NCBI GenBank assembly: GCA_964016885.1
Contig: OZ024740.1
Span: forward strand, 72,912,001-72,976,000
Reading direction: 5' to 3'
DNA from: Eledone cirrhosa
Lineage: Eukaryota
DNA length: 64,000 bases
In this document: positions 26,878 through 41,400 of the stretch, in pieces
Layout of the letters: each line of letters opens with the position of its first letter
Position numbering within the stretch: position 1 is the stretch's first letter
The notes under the pieces: generated by a model
Told to the model about the DNA's origin: nothing
Databases searched by the model: none
What the model saw: the letters and a program-made list of their open reading frames with translations, nothing else
Position numbers and translations under genes: made by a program

Positions 26878-27204
26878 AATTGCTTCTACTTTTGGCACAA
26901 GGCCAGCAATTAACTCAGCGCATTACTGGTACTTTATTTTATCGATCCCATAGGGATGAAAGGCAAAGTTAACCTCAGCGGGATTTGAACTCAGACCGTA
27001 AGGGCCCGTAACTCGATGCTGCAAAGCATAGCGTCCGACCCTCTACCAATACAAGGCTGGCTATTCGAATTTATAGGTAGAACTAATATTTTCCAAGCTG
27101 AGTGGACTGGAGCAATGTGAAATAAAGTGTCTTGCTCAAGGACACAACGAAATGCCGGGAATCGAACTCACAACCAAACAATCATTAGCCAAACACCCAA
27201 ACCA
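26878..27204 (-). mobile_element. SINE family A copy followed by a partial family C SINE
   Basis: Family A motif 26878-27052; gctgagtggactggagcaatgtgaaataaagtgtcttgctcaagg..gggaatcgaactc 27095-27204. Confidence 0.8.
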
Positions 27205-27230
27205 TATTCATTCACTGTATGGGTCATAAC

Positions 27231-27540
27231 ATCAGTGGTGTATCTTTTATTTGTATTTTACTGATGATCTGGAAAGAACCAGTTATATAATACAATCAAA
27301 TGAGAAAGTTATGTTACTAAATATCTCCGAATTGTTAATTATTTTCAAAATGTTAAGCAATAATATTTCAATGAAACAAAAAACAAAAAAAAAAAGAAAG
27401 GAAAGGGAAAGAAGAAAAAGAAACAAGAGAATTAAGCAACGAAGGACAGAGAGAACGGGGGAGGGACAGAATTCCCCCCGTTCTGGTCGCTGATTCTTTC
27501 CAGATCATCAGTAAAATTGAATAAAAGATACACCATTGAT
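27231..27540. mobile_element. MITE-like element with ~51-bp TIRs
   Basis: atcagtggtgtatcttttatttgtattttactgatgatctggaaagaaccag (27231-27282) inverted at 27490-27540; no clear TSD. Confidence 0.7.
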
Positions 27541-27800
27541 ACATTTATTTATTAAACATACCGTATATCTTTAGATATATGAAATTCGCATATCTGTATG
27601 TATACAGCTATGTTGGAGCTAATATTTTAATTCTACTTTTAAGTTGGACTAACGTACACAGTTCCATACATACATATAATGATTATAGTCAAAGGCAGAA
27701 GAACTCAATATATATCTTCTCTCCCTTCTTTCGCCGAAAAGAAGTAAGTGACATAGTCACTACTTTAAAACTGATAGCGTATGGTCTTCTAAATGTTTTG

Positions 27801-27874
27801 AATTAAACATACGGTATATTGCCAAATTAAACATACGGTATATTGCCAAATTAAACATACGGTATATTGCCAAA
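27801..27874. repeat. 24-bp tandem repeat, 3 copies
   Basis: aattaaacatacggtatattgcca x3. Confidence 0.9.
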
Positions 27875-28094
27875 TATACATACATTCATATATATATATA
27901 TATATAATTAAAAAATAAACAAGACAAACACAGAGATACACAAACACAAAGAAGATGTAAATGAGGGCTTCAACGTATCGGACATAAGTCCTACATCATA
28001 AAATAGCAAAGTTCGGAGAGATAGAGGGGTGGTAGGAACAATGGAGGTTGTAATGCATGGAAAAAATTGTTTGTGCGTTTGTGTATATAGATAA

Positions 28095-28922
28095 CTAGCT
28101 GAATGACCCGGCGTTACCCTGGTTACTGCTGTTCTTATTCAGATTAGTAAACAATAAATATGAAGATATATATTTTTTCACATAATTATTTCAAAATATC
28201 TATATTTTATAAAAAAAAAAGAATATCACAATTGTAATGATAAAAGAACTTAGAAATGAAAATTTGTCAATCTTGAAGGGTAAACAATATTCATTGTGTA
28301 ATTTTTTGTTGGTGTCCAAATGAATAAATTTTTGCTGCTTCCAGCTCGTGAGCAACCAACATAGAGTTGACCATTGGAGAAACATTTAATAGAAAGATCA
28401 AGTCCAACTGCCCTGAGGGATTGAGCCTGAAATTTGTTAATTGAAATAACAAAACTTAGTTTGACTGGTAACTGAAGCCTCTTAAATTCAACCTAACATG
28501 CACTCACACACATATATTTGTCAGTCATCACATATGTATATATATATGTGTAGATGTGTGTGTGCGTGTTTAATTCACTGTGTATCTGATTAAATATTTA
28601 CTTGAAGATGTATGTGTATGTAACTTAGTAAGGCTTAACGTATGTAACGAACGCACAAACATACACAGACTCACAGACATATACACACTCATATACAAAA
28701 TATGACGTCGTCCTTGTGTCATAAAATGTCCGTTTACTTATAGTTTATAGTAGATTATTTTAGATAAAATGTTATATTGTTTTCATCCAAATGAATATAA
28801 AAATTACATGTTGTTAGTCTAATATTATTTATTACCTTGTAAAATTTGATTTGATTTGTTTGAACCGTTTGAGAATGCATAAGGAAAAGACAGAGAGACA
28901 ATGAATTTTATATATAGAGAGA
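28095..28922 (-). mobile_element. Apparently complete non-autonomous Helitron (~830 bp)
   Basis: On - strand: A-TC 5' end at 28922; 3' hairpin ccagggtaacgccggg then CTAG-T at 28095-28098; internal PIF1 stub. Confidence 0.8.
28270..28490 (-). pseudogene. Helitron PIF1-like helicase C-terminal fragment
   Basis: EFKRLQLPVKLSFVISINKFQAQSLRAVGLDL..CFSNGQLYVGCSRAGSSKNLFI..NIVY. Confidence 0.88.
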
Positions 28923-29012
28923 TGGTATTGATGTTGTTATAGAAATACATAAATGTATGAATATATGACAAACATTTGTTGGTGTTGTGAGTCCATCCTT
29001 ACCGTAGAGTCG

Positions 29013-29151
<139 letters not shown>

Positions 29152-29432
29152 TGTGTGTGTGTGTGTGTGTTTGTATGTGATTTGATTGAAGACGATAATT
29201 CTAAATTATTATCGAAATCATTCAGTCCCTAAAAATGATCGATAGCAAAATGGACGGAAATCTGTAAATCTATACACTATTTGGTTTTAAGCAATGTAAA
29301 ATCAATATGAAATGTCATATCAACAAAGTCGTTACTTTAAATGATTATAGCGATAGAGATATCTTTTACAGTTTAAAGACCACCATAATTGAAACACAGT
29401 GATGGGACGATGAAAGTTTTTGGTGCATAACA

Positions 29433-32400
29433 CAATGTTTGCAGTATGAAGGTATGGTGTGTGATATCATGTTATATTTGGTTGTATGGAGCAATGTTTG
29501 CAGTATGAAGGTATGGTGTGTGATATCATACTATATTTGGTTGTATGGAGCAATGTTTGCAGTATGAAGGTATGGTGTGTGATATCATGTTATATTTGGT
29601 TGTATGGAGCAATGTTTGCAGTATGAAGGTATGGTGTGTGATATCATATTATATTTGGTTGTATGGAGCAATGTTTGCAGTATGAAGGTATGGTGTGTGA
29701 TATCATGTTATATTTGGTTGTATTGAGCAATATCTGCAGTATGAAGGTATGGTGTGTGATATCATGTTATATTTGGTTGTATGGAGCAATGTTTGCAGTA
29801 TGAAGGTATGGTGTGTGACATCATATTATTTGGCTGTATGGAGCAATGTTTGCAGTATGAAGGTATGGTGTGTGATATCATGTTATATTTGGTTGTATGG
29901 AGCAATGTCTGCAGTATCAAGGTATGGTGTGTGATATCATGTTATATTTGGTTCTATGGAGCAATGTTTACAGTATGAAGGTATGGTGTGTGATATCATA
30001 TTATATTTGGTTGTATGGAGCAATGTTTGCAGTATGAAGGTATGGTGTGTGATATCATGTTATATTTGGTTGTATGGAGCAATGTCTGCAGTATGAAGGT
30101 ATGGTGTGTGATATCATGTTATATTTGGTTGTATGGAGCAATGTTTGCAGTATGAAGGTATGGTGTGTGATATCATGTTATATTTGGTTGTATTGAGCAA
30201 TATCTGCAGTATGAAGGTATGGTGTGTGATATCATGTTATATTTGGTTGTATGGAGCAATGTTTGCAGTATGAAGGTATGGTGTGTGATATCATGTTATA
30301 TTTGGTTGTATGGAGCAATGTTTGCAGTATGAAGGTATGGTGTGTGATATCATGTTATATTTGGTTGTATTGAGCAATATCTGCAGTATGAAGGTATGGT
30401 GTGTGATATCATGTTATATTTGGTTGTATGGAGCAATGTTTGCAGTATGAAGGTATGGTGTGTGATATCATGTTATATTTGGTTGAATGGAGCAATGTTT
30501 GCAGTATGAAGGTATGGTGTGTGATATCATGTTATATTTGGTTGTATTGAGCAATATCTGCAGTATGAAGGTATGGTGTGTGATATCATTTTATATTTGG
30601 TTGTATGGAGCAATATCTGCAGTATGAAGGTATGGTGTGTGATATCATGTTATATTTGGTTCTATGGAGCAATGTTTGCAGTATGAAGGTATAGTATGGT
30701 GTGTGATATCATGTTATATTTGGTTGTATGGAGCAATGTTTGCAGTATGAAGGTATGGTGTGTGATATCATGTTATATTTGGTTGTATGGAGCAATGTTT
30801 GCAGTATGAAGGTATGGTTTGTGATATCATGTTATATTTGGTTGTATGGAGCAATGTTTGCAGTATGAAAGTATGGTGTGTGATATCATGTTATATTTGG
30901 TTGTATGGAGCAATGTTTGCAGTATGAAGGTATGGTGTGTGATATCATGTTATATTTCGTTGTATGGAGCAATGTTTGCAGTATGAAAGTATGGTGTGTG
31001 ATATCATGTTATATTTGGTTGTATGGAGCAATGTTTGCAGTATGAAGGTATGGTGTGTGATATCATGTTATATTTGGTTGTATGGAGCAATGTTTGCAGT
31101 ATGAAGGTATGGTGTGTGATATCATGTTATATTTGGTTGTATGGAGCAATGTTTGCAGTATGAAGGTATGGTGTGTGATATCATGTTATATTTGGTTGTA
31201 TTGAGCAATATCTGCAGTATGAAGGTATGGTGTGTGATATCATGTTATATTTGGTTGTATTGAGCAATGTCTGCAGTATGAAGGTATGGTGTGTGACATC
31301 ATGTTATATTTGGTTGTATGGAGCAATATCTGCAGTATGCAGGTATGGTGTGTGATATCATGTTATATTTGGTTGTATTGAGCAATATATGTAGTATGAA
31401 GGTATGGTGTGTGATATCATGTTATATTTGGTTGTATGGAGCAATGTCTGCAGTATGAAGGTATGGTGTGTGATATCATGTTATATTTGGTTGTATGGAG
31501 CAATGTCTGCAGTATGAAGGTATGGTGTGTGATATCATGTTATATTTGGTTGTATGGAGCAATGTCTGCAGTATGAAGGTATGGTGAGTGATATCATGTT
31601 ATATTTGGTTGTATGGAGCAATATCTGCAGTATGAAGGTATGGTGTGTGATATCATGTTATATTTGGTTGTATGGAGCAATGTTTGCAGTATGAAGGTAT
31701 GGTGTGTGATATCATGTTATATTTGGTTGTATGGAGCAATGTTTGCAGTATGAAGGTATGGTGTGTGATATCATGTTATATTTGGTTGTATGGAGCAATG
31801 TTTGCAGTATGAAGGTATGGTGTGTGATATCATATTACAGTTGGTTGTATGGAGCAATGTTTGCAGTATGAAGGTATGGTGTGTGATATCATGTTATATT
31901 TGGTTGTATGGAGCAATGTTTGCAGTATGAAGGTATGGTGTGTGATATCATGTTATATTTGGTTGTATTGAGCAATATCTGCAGTATGAAGGTATGGTGT
32001 GTGATATCATGTTATATTTGGTTGTATGGAGCAATGTTTGCAGTATGATCGTATGGTGTGTGATATCATATTATATTTGGTTGTATGGAGCAATGTTTGC
32101 AGTATGAAGGTATGGTGTGTGATATCATGTTATATTTGGTTGTATTGAGCAATATCTGCAGTATGAAGGTATGGTGTGTGATATCATGTTATATTTGGTT
32201 GTATGGAGCAATATCTGCAGTATGAAGGTATGGTGTGTGATATCATGTTATATTTGGTTGTATGGAGCAATGTTTGCAGTATGAAGGTATAGTGTGTGAT
32301 ATCATGTTATATTTGGTTGTATGGAGCAATGTTTGCAGTATGAAGGTATGGTGTGTGATATCATGTTATATTTGGTTGTATGGAGCAATATCTGCAGTAT

Positions 32401-35400
32401 GAAGGTATGGTGTGTGATATCATGTTATATTTGGTTGTATGGAGCAATGTTTGCAGTATGAAAGTATGGTGTGTGATATAATGTTCTATTTGGTTGTATG
32501 GAGCAATGTTTGCAGTATGAAGGTATGATATGGTGTGTGATATCATGTTATATTTGGTTGTATGGAGCAATGTTTGCAGTATGAAGGTATGGTGTGTGAT
32601 ATCATGTTATATTTGGTTGTATGGAGCAATGTTTGCAGTATGAAGGTATGGTTTGTGATATCATGTTATATTTGGTTGTATGGAGCAATGTTTGCAGTAT
32701 GAAAGTATGGTGTGTGATATCATGTTATATTTGGTTGTATGGAGCAATGTTTGCAGTATGAAGGTATGGTGTGTGATATCATGTTATATTTCGTTGTATG
32801 GAGCAATGTTTGCAGTATGAAAGTATGGTGTGTGATATCATGTTATATTTGGTTGTATGGAGCAATGTTTGCAGTATGAAGGTATGGTGTGTGATATCAT
32901 GTTATATTTGGTTGTATGGAGCAATGTTTGCAGTATGAAGGTATGGTGTGTGATATCATGTTATATTAGGTTGTATTGAGCAATGTCTGCAGTATGAAGG
33001 TATGGTGTGTGATATCATGTTATATTTGGTTGTATGGAGCAATGTTTGCAATATGAAGGTATGGTGTGTGATATCATGTTATATTTGGTTGTATTGAGCA
33101 ATGTCTGCAGTATGAAGGTATGGTGTGTGACATCATGTTATATTTGGTTGTATGGAGCAATATCTGCAGTATGAAAATATGGTGTGTGATACCATGTTAT
33201 ATTTGGTTGTATGGAGCAATGTCTGCAGTATGAAGGTATGGGTGTGATATCATGTTATATTTGGTTGTATGGAGCAATGTCTGCAGTATGAAGGTATGGT
33301 GTGTGATATCATGTTATATTTGGTTGTATGGAGCAATGTCTGCAGTATGAAGGTATGATGTGTGATATCATGTTATATTTGGTTGTATGGAGCAATGTCT
33401 GCAGTATGAAGGTATGGTGTGTGATATCATGTTATATGTGGTTGTATGGAGCAATATCTGCAGTATGAAGGTATGGTGTGTGATATCATGTTATATTTGG
33501 TTGTATGGAGCAATGTTTGCAGTATAAAGGTATGGTGTGTGATATCATGTTATATTTGGTTGTATGGAGCAATGTTTGCAGTATGAAGGTATGGTGTGTG
33601 ATATCATGTTATATTTGGTTGTATGGAGCAATGTTTGCAGTATGAAGGTATGGTGTGTGATATCATATTACATTTGGTTGTATGGAGCAATGTTTGCAGT
33701 ATGAAAGTATGGTGTGTGATATCATGTTATATTTGGTTGTATGGAGTAATGTTTGCAGTATGAAGGTATGGTGTGTGATATCATGTTATATTTGGTTGTA
33801 TGGAGCAATGTCTGCAGTATGAAGGTATGGTGCGTGATATCATGTTATATTTGGTTGTATGGAGTAATGTTTGCAGTATGAAGTTATGGTGTGTGATATC
33901 ATGTTATATTTGGTTGTATGGAGCAATGTTTGCAGTATGAAGGTATGGTGTGTGATATCATATTATATTTGGTTGTATGGAGCAATGTTTGCAGTATGAA
34001 AGTATGGTGTGTGATATCATGTTATATTTGGTTGTATTGAGCAATGTCTGCAGTATGAAGGTATGGTGTGTGATATCATGTTATATTTGGTTGTATGGAG
34101 CAATATCTGCAGTATGAAGGTATGGCGTGTGATATCATCCTATATTTGGTTGTATTGAGCAATATCTGCAGTATGAAGGTAAGGTGTGTGATATCATGTT
34201 ATATTTGGTTGTATGGAGCAATGTCTGCAGTATGAAGGTATGGTGTGTGATATCATGTTATATTTGGTTGTATTGAGCAATATCTGCAGTATGAAGGTAT
34301 GGTGTGTGATATCATGTTATATTTGGTTGTATTGAGCAATATCTGCAGTATGAAGGTATGGTGTGTGATATCATGTTATATTTGGTTGTATTGAGCAATA
34401 TCTGTAGTATGAAGATATGGTGTGTGATATCATGTTATATTTGGTTGTATGGAGCAATGTCTGCAGCATGAAGGTATGGTGTGTGATATCATGTTATATT
34501 TGGTTGTATTGAGCAATATCTGCAGTACGAAGTTATGGTGTGTGATATCATGTAATATTTGGTTGTATTGAGCAATATCTGCAGTATGCAGGTATGGTGT
34601 GTGATATCATGTTAAATTTGGTTGTATGGAGCAATGTTTGCAGTATGAAGGTATGGTGTGTGATATCATGTTATATTTGGTTGTATTGAGCAATATCTGC
34701 AGTATGAAGGTATGGTGTGTGATATCATGTTATATTTGGTTGTATTTAGCAATATCTGCAGTATGAAGGTATGGTGTGTGATATCATGTTATCTTTGGTT
34801 GTATGGAGCAATGTCTGCAGTATGAAGGTATGGTGTGTGATATCATGTTATATTTGGTTGCATTTAGCAATATCTGCAGTATGAAGGTATGGTGTGTGAT
34901 ATCATGTTATCTTTGGTTGTATGGAGCAATGTCTGCAGTATGAAGGTATGGTGTGTGATATCATGTTATATTTGGTTGTATTGAGCAATATCTGCAGTAT
35001 GAAGGTATGGTGTGTGATATCATGTTATATTTGGTTGTATTGAGCAATATCTGCAGTATGAAGGTATGGTGTGTGATATCATGTTATATTTGGTTGTATG
35101 GAGCAATGTTTGCAGTATGAAGGTATGGTGTGTGATATCATGTTATATTTGGTTGTATGGAGCAATATCTGCAGTATGAAGGTATGGTGTGTGATATCAT
35201 CTTATATTTGGTTGTATTGAGCAATATCTGCAGTTTGAAGGTATGGTGTGTGATATCATGTTATATTTGGTTGTATGGAGCAATGTCTGCAGTATGAAGG
35301 TATGGTGTGTGATATCATGTTATATTTGGTTGTATGGAGCAATGTTTGCAGTATGAAGGTATGGTGTGTGATATCATGTTACATTTGGTTGTATGGAGCA

Positions 35401-38400
35401 ATGTTTGCAGTATGAAGGTATGGTGTGTGATATCATATTATATTTGGTTGTATGGAGCAATGTCTGCAGTATGAAGGTATGGTGTGTGATATCATGTTAT
35501 ATTTGGTTGTATGGAGCAATGTTTGCAGTATGAAGGTATGGTGTGTGATATCATGTTATATTTGGTTGTATGGAGCAATGTCTGCAGTATGAAGGTATGG
35601 TGTGTGATATCATGTTATATTTGGTTGTATGGAGCAATGTCTGCAGTATGAAGGTATGGTGTGTGATATCATGTTATATTTGGTTGTATGGAGCAATGTC
35701 TGCAGTATGAAGGTATGGTGTGTGACATCATGTTATATTTGGTTGTATGGAGCAATATCTGCAGTATGAAAATATGGTGTGTGATACCATGTTATATTTG
35801 GTTGTATGGAGCAATGTCTGCAGTATGAAGGTATGGGTGTGATATCATGTTATATTTGGTTGTATGGAGCAATGTCTGCAGTATGAAGGTATGGTGTGTG
35901 ATATCATGTTATATTTGGTTGTATGGAGCAATGTCTGCAGTATGAAGGTATGATGTGTGATATCATGTTATATTTGGTTGTATGGAGCAATGTCTGCAGT
36001 ATGAAGGTATGGTGTGTGATATCATGTTATATGTGGTTGTATGGAGCAATATCTGCAGTATGAAGGTATGGTGTGTGATATCATGTTATATTTGGTTGTA
36101 TGGAGCAATGTTTGCAGTATAAAGGTATGGTGTGTGATATCATGTTATATTTGGTTGTATGGAGCAATGTTTGCAGTATGAAGGTATGGTGTGTGATATC
36201 ATGTTATATTTGGTTGTATGGAGCAATGTTTGCAGTATGAAGGTATGGTGTGTGATATCATATTACATTTGGTTGTATGGAGCAATGTTTGCAGTATGAA
36301 AGTATGGTGTGTGATATCATGTTATATTTGGTTGTATGGAGTAATGTTTGCAGTATGAAGGTATGGTGTGTGATATCATGTTATATTTGGTTGTATGGAG
36401 CAATGTCTGCAGTATGAAGGTATGGTGCGTGATATCATGTTATATTTGGTTGTATGGAGTAATGTTTGCAGTATGAAGTTATGGTGTGTGATATCATGTT
36501 ATATTTGGTTGTATGGAGCAATGTTTGCAGTATGAAGGTATGGTGTGTGATATCATATTATATTTGGTTGTATGGAGCAATGTTTGCAGTATGAAAGTAT
36601 GGTGTGTGATATCATGTTATATTTGGTTGTATTGAGCAATGTCTGCAGTATGAAGGTATGGTGTGTGATATCATGTTATATTTGGTTGTATGGAGCAATA
36701 TCTGCAGTATGAAGGTATGGCGTGTGATATCATCCTATATTTGGTTGTATTGAGCAATATCTGCAGTATGAAGGTAAGGTGTGTGATATCATGTTATATT
36801 TGGTTGTATGGAGCAATGTCTGCAGTATGAAGGTATGGTGTGTGATATCATGTTATATTTGGTTGTATTGAGCAATATCTGCAGTATGAAGGTATGGTGT
36901 GTGATATCATGTTATATTTGGTTGTATTGAGCAATATCTGCAGTATGAAGGTATGGTGTGTGATATCATGTTATATTTGGTTGTATTGAGCAATATCTGT
37001 AGTATGAAGATATGGTGTGTGATATCATGTTATATTTGGTTGTATGGAGCAATGTCTGCAGCATGAAGGTATGGTGTGTGATATCATGTTATATTTGGTT
37101 GTATTGAGCAATATCTGCAGTACGAAGTTATGGTGTGTGATATCATGTAATATTTGGTTGTATTGAGCAATATCTGCAGTATGCAGGTATGGTGTGTGAT
37201 ATCATGTTAAATTTGGTTGTATGGAGCAATGTTTGCAGTATGAAGGTATGGTGTGTGATATCATGTTATATTTGGTTGTATTGAGCAATATCTGCAGTAT
37301 GAAGGTATGGTGTGTGATATCATGTTATATTTGGTTGTATTTAGCAATATCTGCAGTATGAAGGTATGGTGTGTGATATCATGTTATCTTTGGTTGTATG
37401 GAGCAATGTCTGCAGTATGAAGGTATGGTGTGTGATATCATGTTATATTTGGTTGCATTTAGCAATATCTGCAGTATGAAGGTATGGTGTGTGATATCAT
37501 GTTATCTTTGGTTGTATGGAGCAATGTCTGCAGTATGAAGGTATGGTGTGTGATATCATGTTATATTTGGTTGTATTGAGCAATATCTGCAGTATGAAGG
37601 TATGGTGTGTGATATCATGTTATATTTGGTTGTATTGAGCAATATCTGCAGTATGAAGGTATGGTGTGTGATATCATGTTATATTTGGTTGTATGGAGCA
37701 ATGTTTGCAGTATGAAGGTATGGTGTGTGATATCATGTTATATTTGGTTGTATGGAGCAATATCTGCAGTATGAAGGTATGGTGTGTGATATCATCTTAT
37801 ATTTGGTTGTATTGAGCAATATCTGCAGTTTGAAGGTATGGTGTGTGATATCATGTTATATTTGGTTGTATGGAGCAATGTCTGCAGTATGAGGGTATGG
37901 TGTGTGATATCATGTTATATTTGGTTGTATGGAGCAATGTTTGCAGTATGAAGGTATGGTGTGTGATATCATGTTACATTTGGTTGTATGGAGCAATGTT
38001 TGCAGTATGAAGGTATGGTGTGTGATATCATATTATATTTGGTTGTATGGAGCAATGTCTGCAGTATGAAGGTATGGTGTGTGATATCATGTTATATTTG
38101 GTTGTATGGAGCAATGTTTGCAGTATGAAGGTATGGTGTGTGATATCATGTTATATTTGGTTGTATGGAGCAATGTCTGCAGTATGAAGGTATGGTGTGT
38201 GATATCATGTTATATTTGGTTGTATGGAGCAATGTCTGCAGTATGAAGGTATGGTGTGTGATATCATGTTATATTTGGTTGTATGGAGCAATGTCTGCAG
38301 TATGAAGGTATGGTGTGTGACATCATGTTATATTTGGTTGTATGGAGCAATATCTGCAGTATGAAAATATGGTGTGTGATACCATGTTATATTTGGTTGT

Positions 38401-41400
38401 ATGGAGCAATGTCTGCAGTATGAAGGTATGGGTGTGATATCATGTTATATTTGGTTGTATGGAGCAATGTCTGCAGTATGAAGGTATGGTGTGTGATATC
38501 ATGTTATATTTGGTTGTATGGAGCAATGTCTGCAGTATGAAGGTATGATGTGTGATATCATGTTATATTTGGTTGTATGGAGCAATGTCTGCAGTATGAA
38601 GGTATGGTGTGTGATATCATGTTATATGTGGTTGTATGGAGCAATATCTGCAGTATGAAGGTATGGTGTGTGATATCATGTTATATTTGGTTGTATGGAG
38701 CAATGTTTGCAGTATAAAGGTATGGTGTGTGATATCATGTTATATTTGGTTGTATGGAGCAATGTTTGCAGTATGAAGGTATGGTGTGTGATATCATGTT
38801 ATATTTGGTTGTATGGAGCAATGTTTGCAGTATGAAGGTATGGTGTGTGATATCATATTACATTTGGTTGTATGGAGCAATGTTTGCAGTATGAAAGTAT
38901 GGTGTGTGATATCATGTTATATTTGGTTGTATGGAGTAATGTTTGCAGTATGAAGGTATGGTGTGTGATATCATGTTATATTTGGTTGTATGGAGCAATG
39001 TCTGCAGTATGAAGGTATGGTGCGTGATATCATGTTATATTTGGTTGTATGGAGTAATGTTTGCAGTATGAAGTTATGGTGTGTGATATCATGTTATATT
39101 TGGTTGTATGGAGCAATGTTTGCAGTATGAAGGTATGGTGTGTGATATCATATTATATTTGGTTGTATGGAGCAATGTTTGCAGTATGAAAGTATGGTGT
39201 GTGATATCATGTTATATTTGGTTGTATTGAGCAATGTCTGCAGTATGAAGGTATGGTGTGTGATATCATGTTATATTTGGTTGTATGGAGCAATATCTGC
39301 AGTATGAAGGTATGGCGTGTGATATCATCCTATATTTGGTTGTATTGAGCAATATCTGCAGTATGAAGGTAAGGTGTGTGATATCATGTTATATTTGGTT
39401 GTATGGAGCAATGTCTGCAGTATGAAGGTATGGTGTGTGATATCATGTTATATTTGGTTGTATTGAGCAATATCTGCAGTATGAAGGTATGGTGTGTGAT
39501 ATCATGTTATATTTGGTTGTATTGAGCAATATCTGCAGTATGAAGGTATGGTGTGTGATATCATGTTATATTTGGTTGTATTGAGCAATATCTGTAGTAT
39601 GAAGATATGGTGTGTGATATCATGTTATATTTGGTTGTATGGAGCAATGTCTGCAGCATGAAGGTATGGTGTGTGATATCATGTTATATTTGGTTGTATT
39701 GAGCAATATCTGCAGTACGAAGTTATGGTGTGTGATATCATGTAATATTTGGTTGTATTGAGCAATATCTGCAGTATGCAGGTATGGTGTGTGATATCAT
39801 GTTAAATTTGGTTGTATGGAGCAATGTTTGCAGTATGAAGGTATGGTGTGTGATATCATGTTATATTTGGTTGTATTGAGCAATATCTGCAGTATGAAGG
39901 TATGGTGTGTGATATCATGTTATATTTGGTTGTATTTAGCAATATCTGCAGTATGAAGGTATGGTGTGTGATATCATGTTATCTTTGGTTGTATGGAGCA
40001 ATGTCTGCAGTATGAAGGCATGGTGTGTGATATCATGTTATATTTGGTTGTATTTAGCAATATCTGCAGTATGAAGGTATGGTGTGTGATATCATGTTAT
40101 CTTTGGTTGTATGGAGCAATGTCTGCAGTATGAAGGTATGGTGTGTGATATCATGTTATATTTGGTTGTATTGAGCAATATCTGCAGTATGAAGGTATGG
40201 TGTGTGATATCATGTTATATTTGGTTGTATTGAGCAATATCTGCAGTATGAAGGTATGGTGTGTGATATCATGTTATATTTGGTTGTATGGAGCAATGTT
40301 TGCAGTATGAAGGTATGGTGTGTGATATCATGTTATATTTGGTTGTATGGAGCAATATCTGCAGTATGAAGGTATGGTGTGTGATATCATCTTATATTTG
40401 GTTGTATTGAGCAATATCTGCAGTTTGAAGGTATGGTGTGTGATATCATGTTATATTTGGTTGTATGGAGCAATGTCTGCAGTATGAAGGTATGGTGTGT
40501 GATATCATGTTATATTTGGTTGTATGGAGCAATGTTTGCAGTATGAAGGTATGGTGTGTGATATCATGTTACATTTGGTTGTATGGAGCAATGTTTGCAG
40601 TATGAAGGTATGGTGTGTGATATCATATTATATTTGGTTGTATGGAGCAATGTCTGCAGTATGAAGGTATGGTGTGTGATATCATGTTATATTTGGTTGT
40701 ATGGAGCAATGTTTGCAGTATGAAGGTATGGTGTGTGATATCATGTTATATTTGGTTGTATGGAGCAATGTCTGCAGTATGAAGGTATGGTGTGTGATAT
40801 CATGTTATATTTGGTTGTATGGAGCAATGTCTGCAGTATGAAGGTATGGTGTGTGATATCATGTTATATTTGGTTGTATTGAGCAATATCTGCAGTATGA
40901 AGGTATGGTGTGTGATATCATGTTATATTTGGTTGTATGGAGCAATATCTGCAGTATGAAGGTATGGTGTGTGATATCATGTTATATTTGGTTGTATTGA
41001 GCAATATCTGCAGTATGAAGGTATGGTGTGTGATATCATGTTATATTTGGTTGTATGGAGCAATATCTGCAGTATGAAGGTATGGTGTGTGATATCATGT
41101 TATATTTGGTTGTATGGAGCAATATCTGCAGTATGAAGGTATGGTGTGTGATATCATGTTATATTTCGTTGTATTGAGCAATATCTGCAGTATGAAGGTA
41201 TGGTGTGTGATATCATGTTATATTTGGTTGTATGGAGCAATGTTTACAGTATGAAGGTATGGTGTATGATATCATGTTATATTTGGTTGTATTGAGCAAT
41301 ATCTGCAGTATGAAGGTATGGTGTGTGATATCATGTTATATTTGGTTGTATGGAGCAATGTTTGCAGTAAGAAGGTATGGTGTGTGATATCATGTTATAT

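Noticed and set aside
27261-27275. CTGATGAtctgGAAA as a hammerhead core
   Set aside because: No room for stem II and no stem I or III; it is part of a TIR
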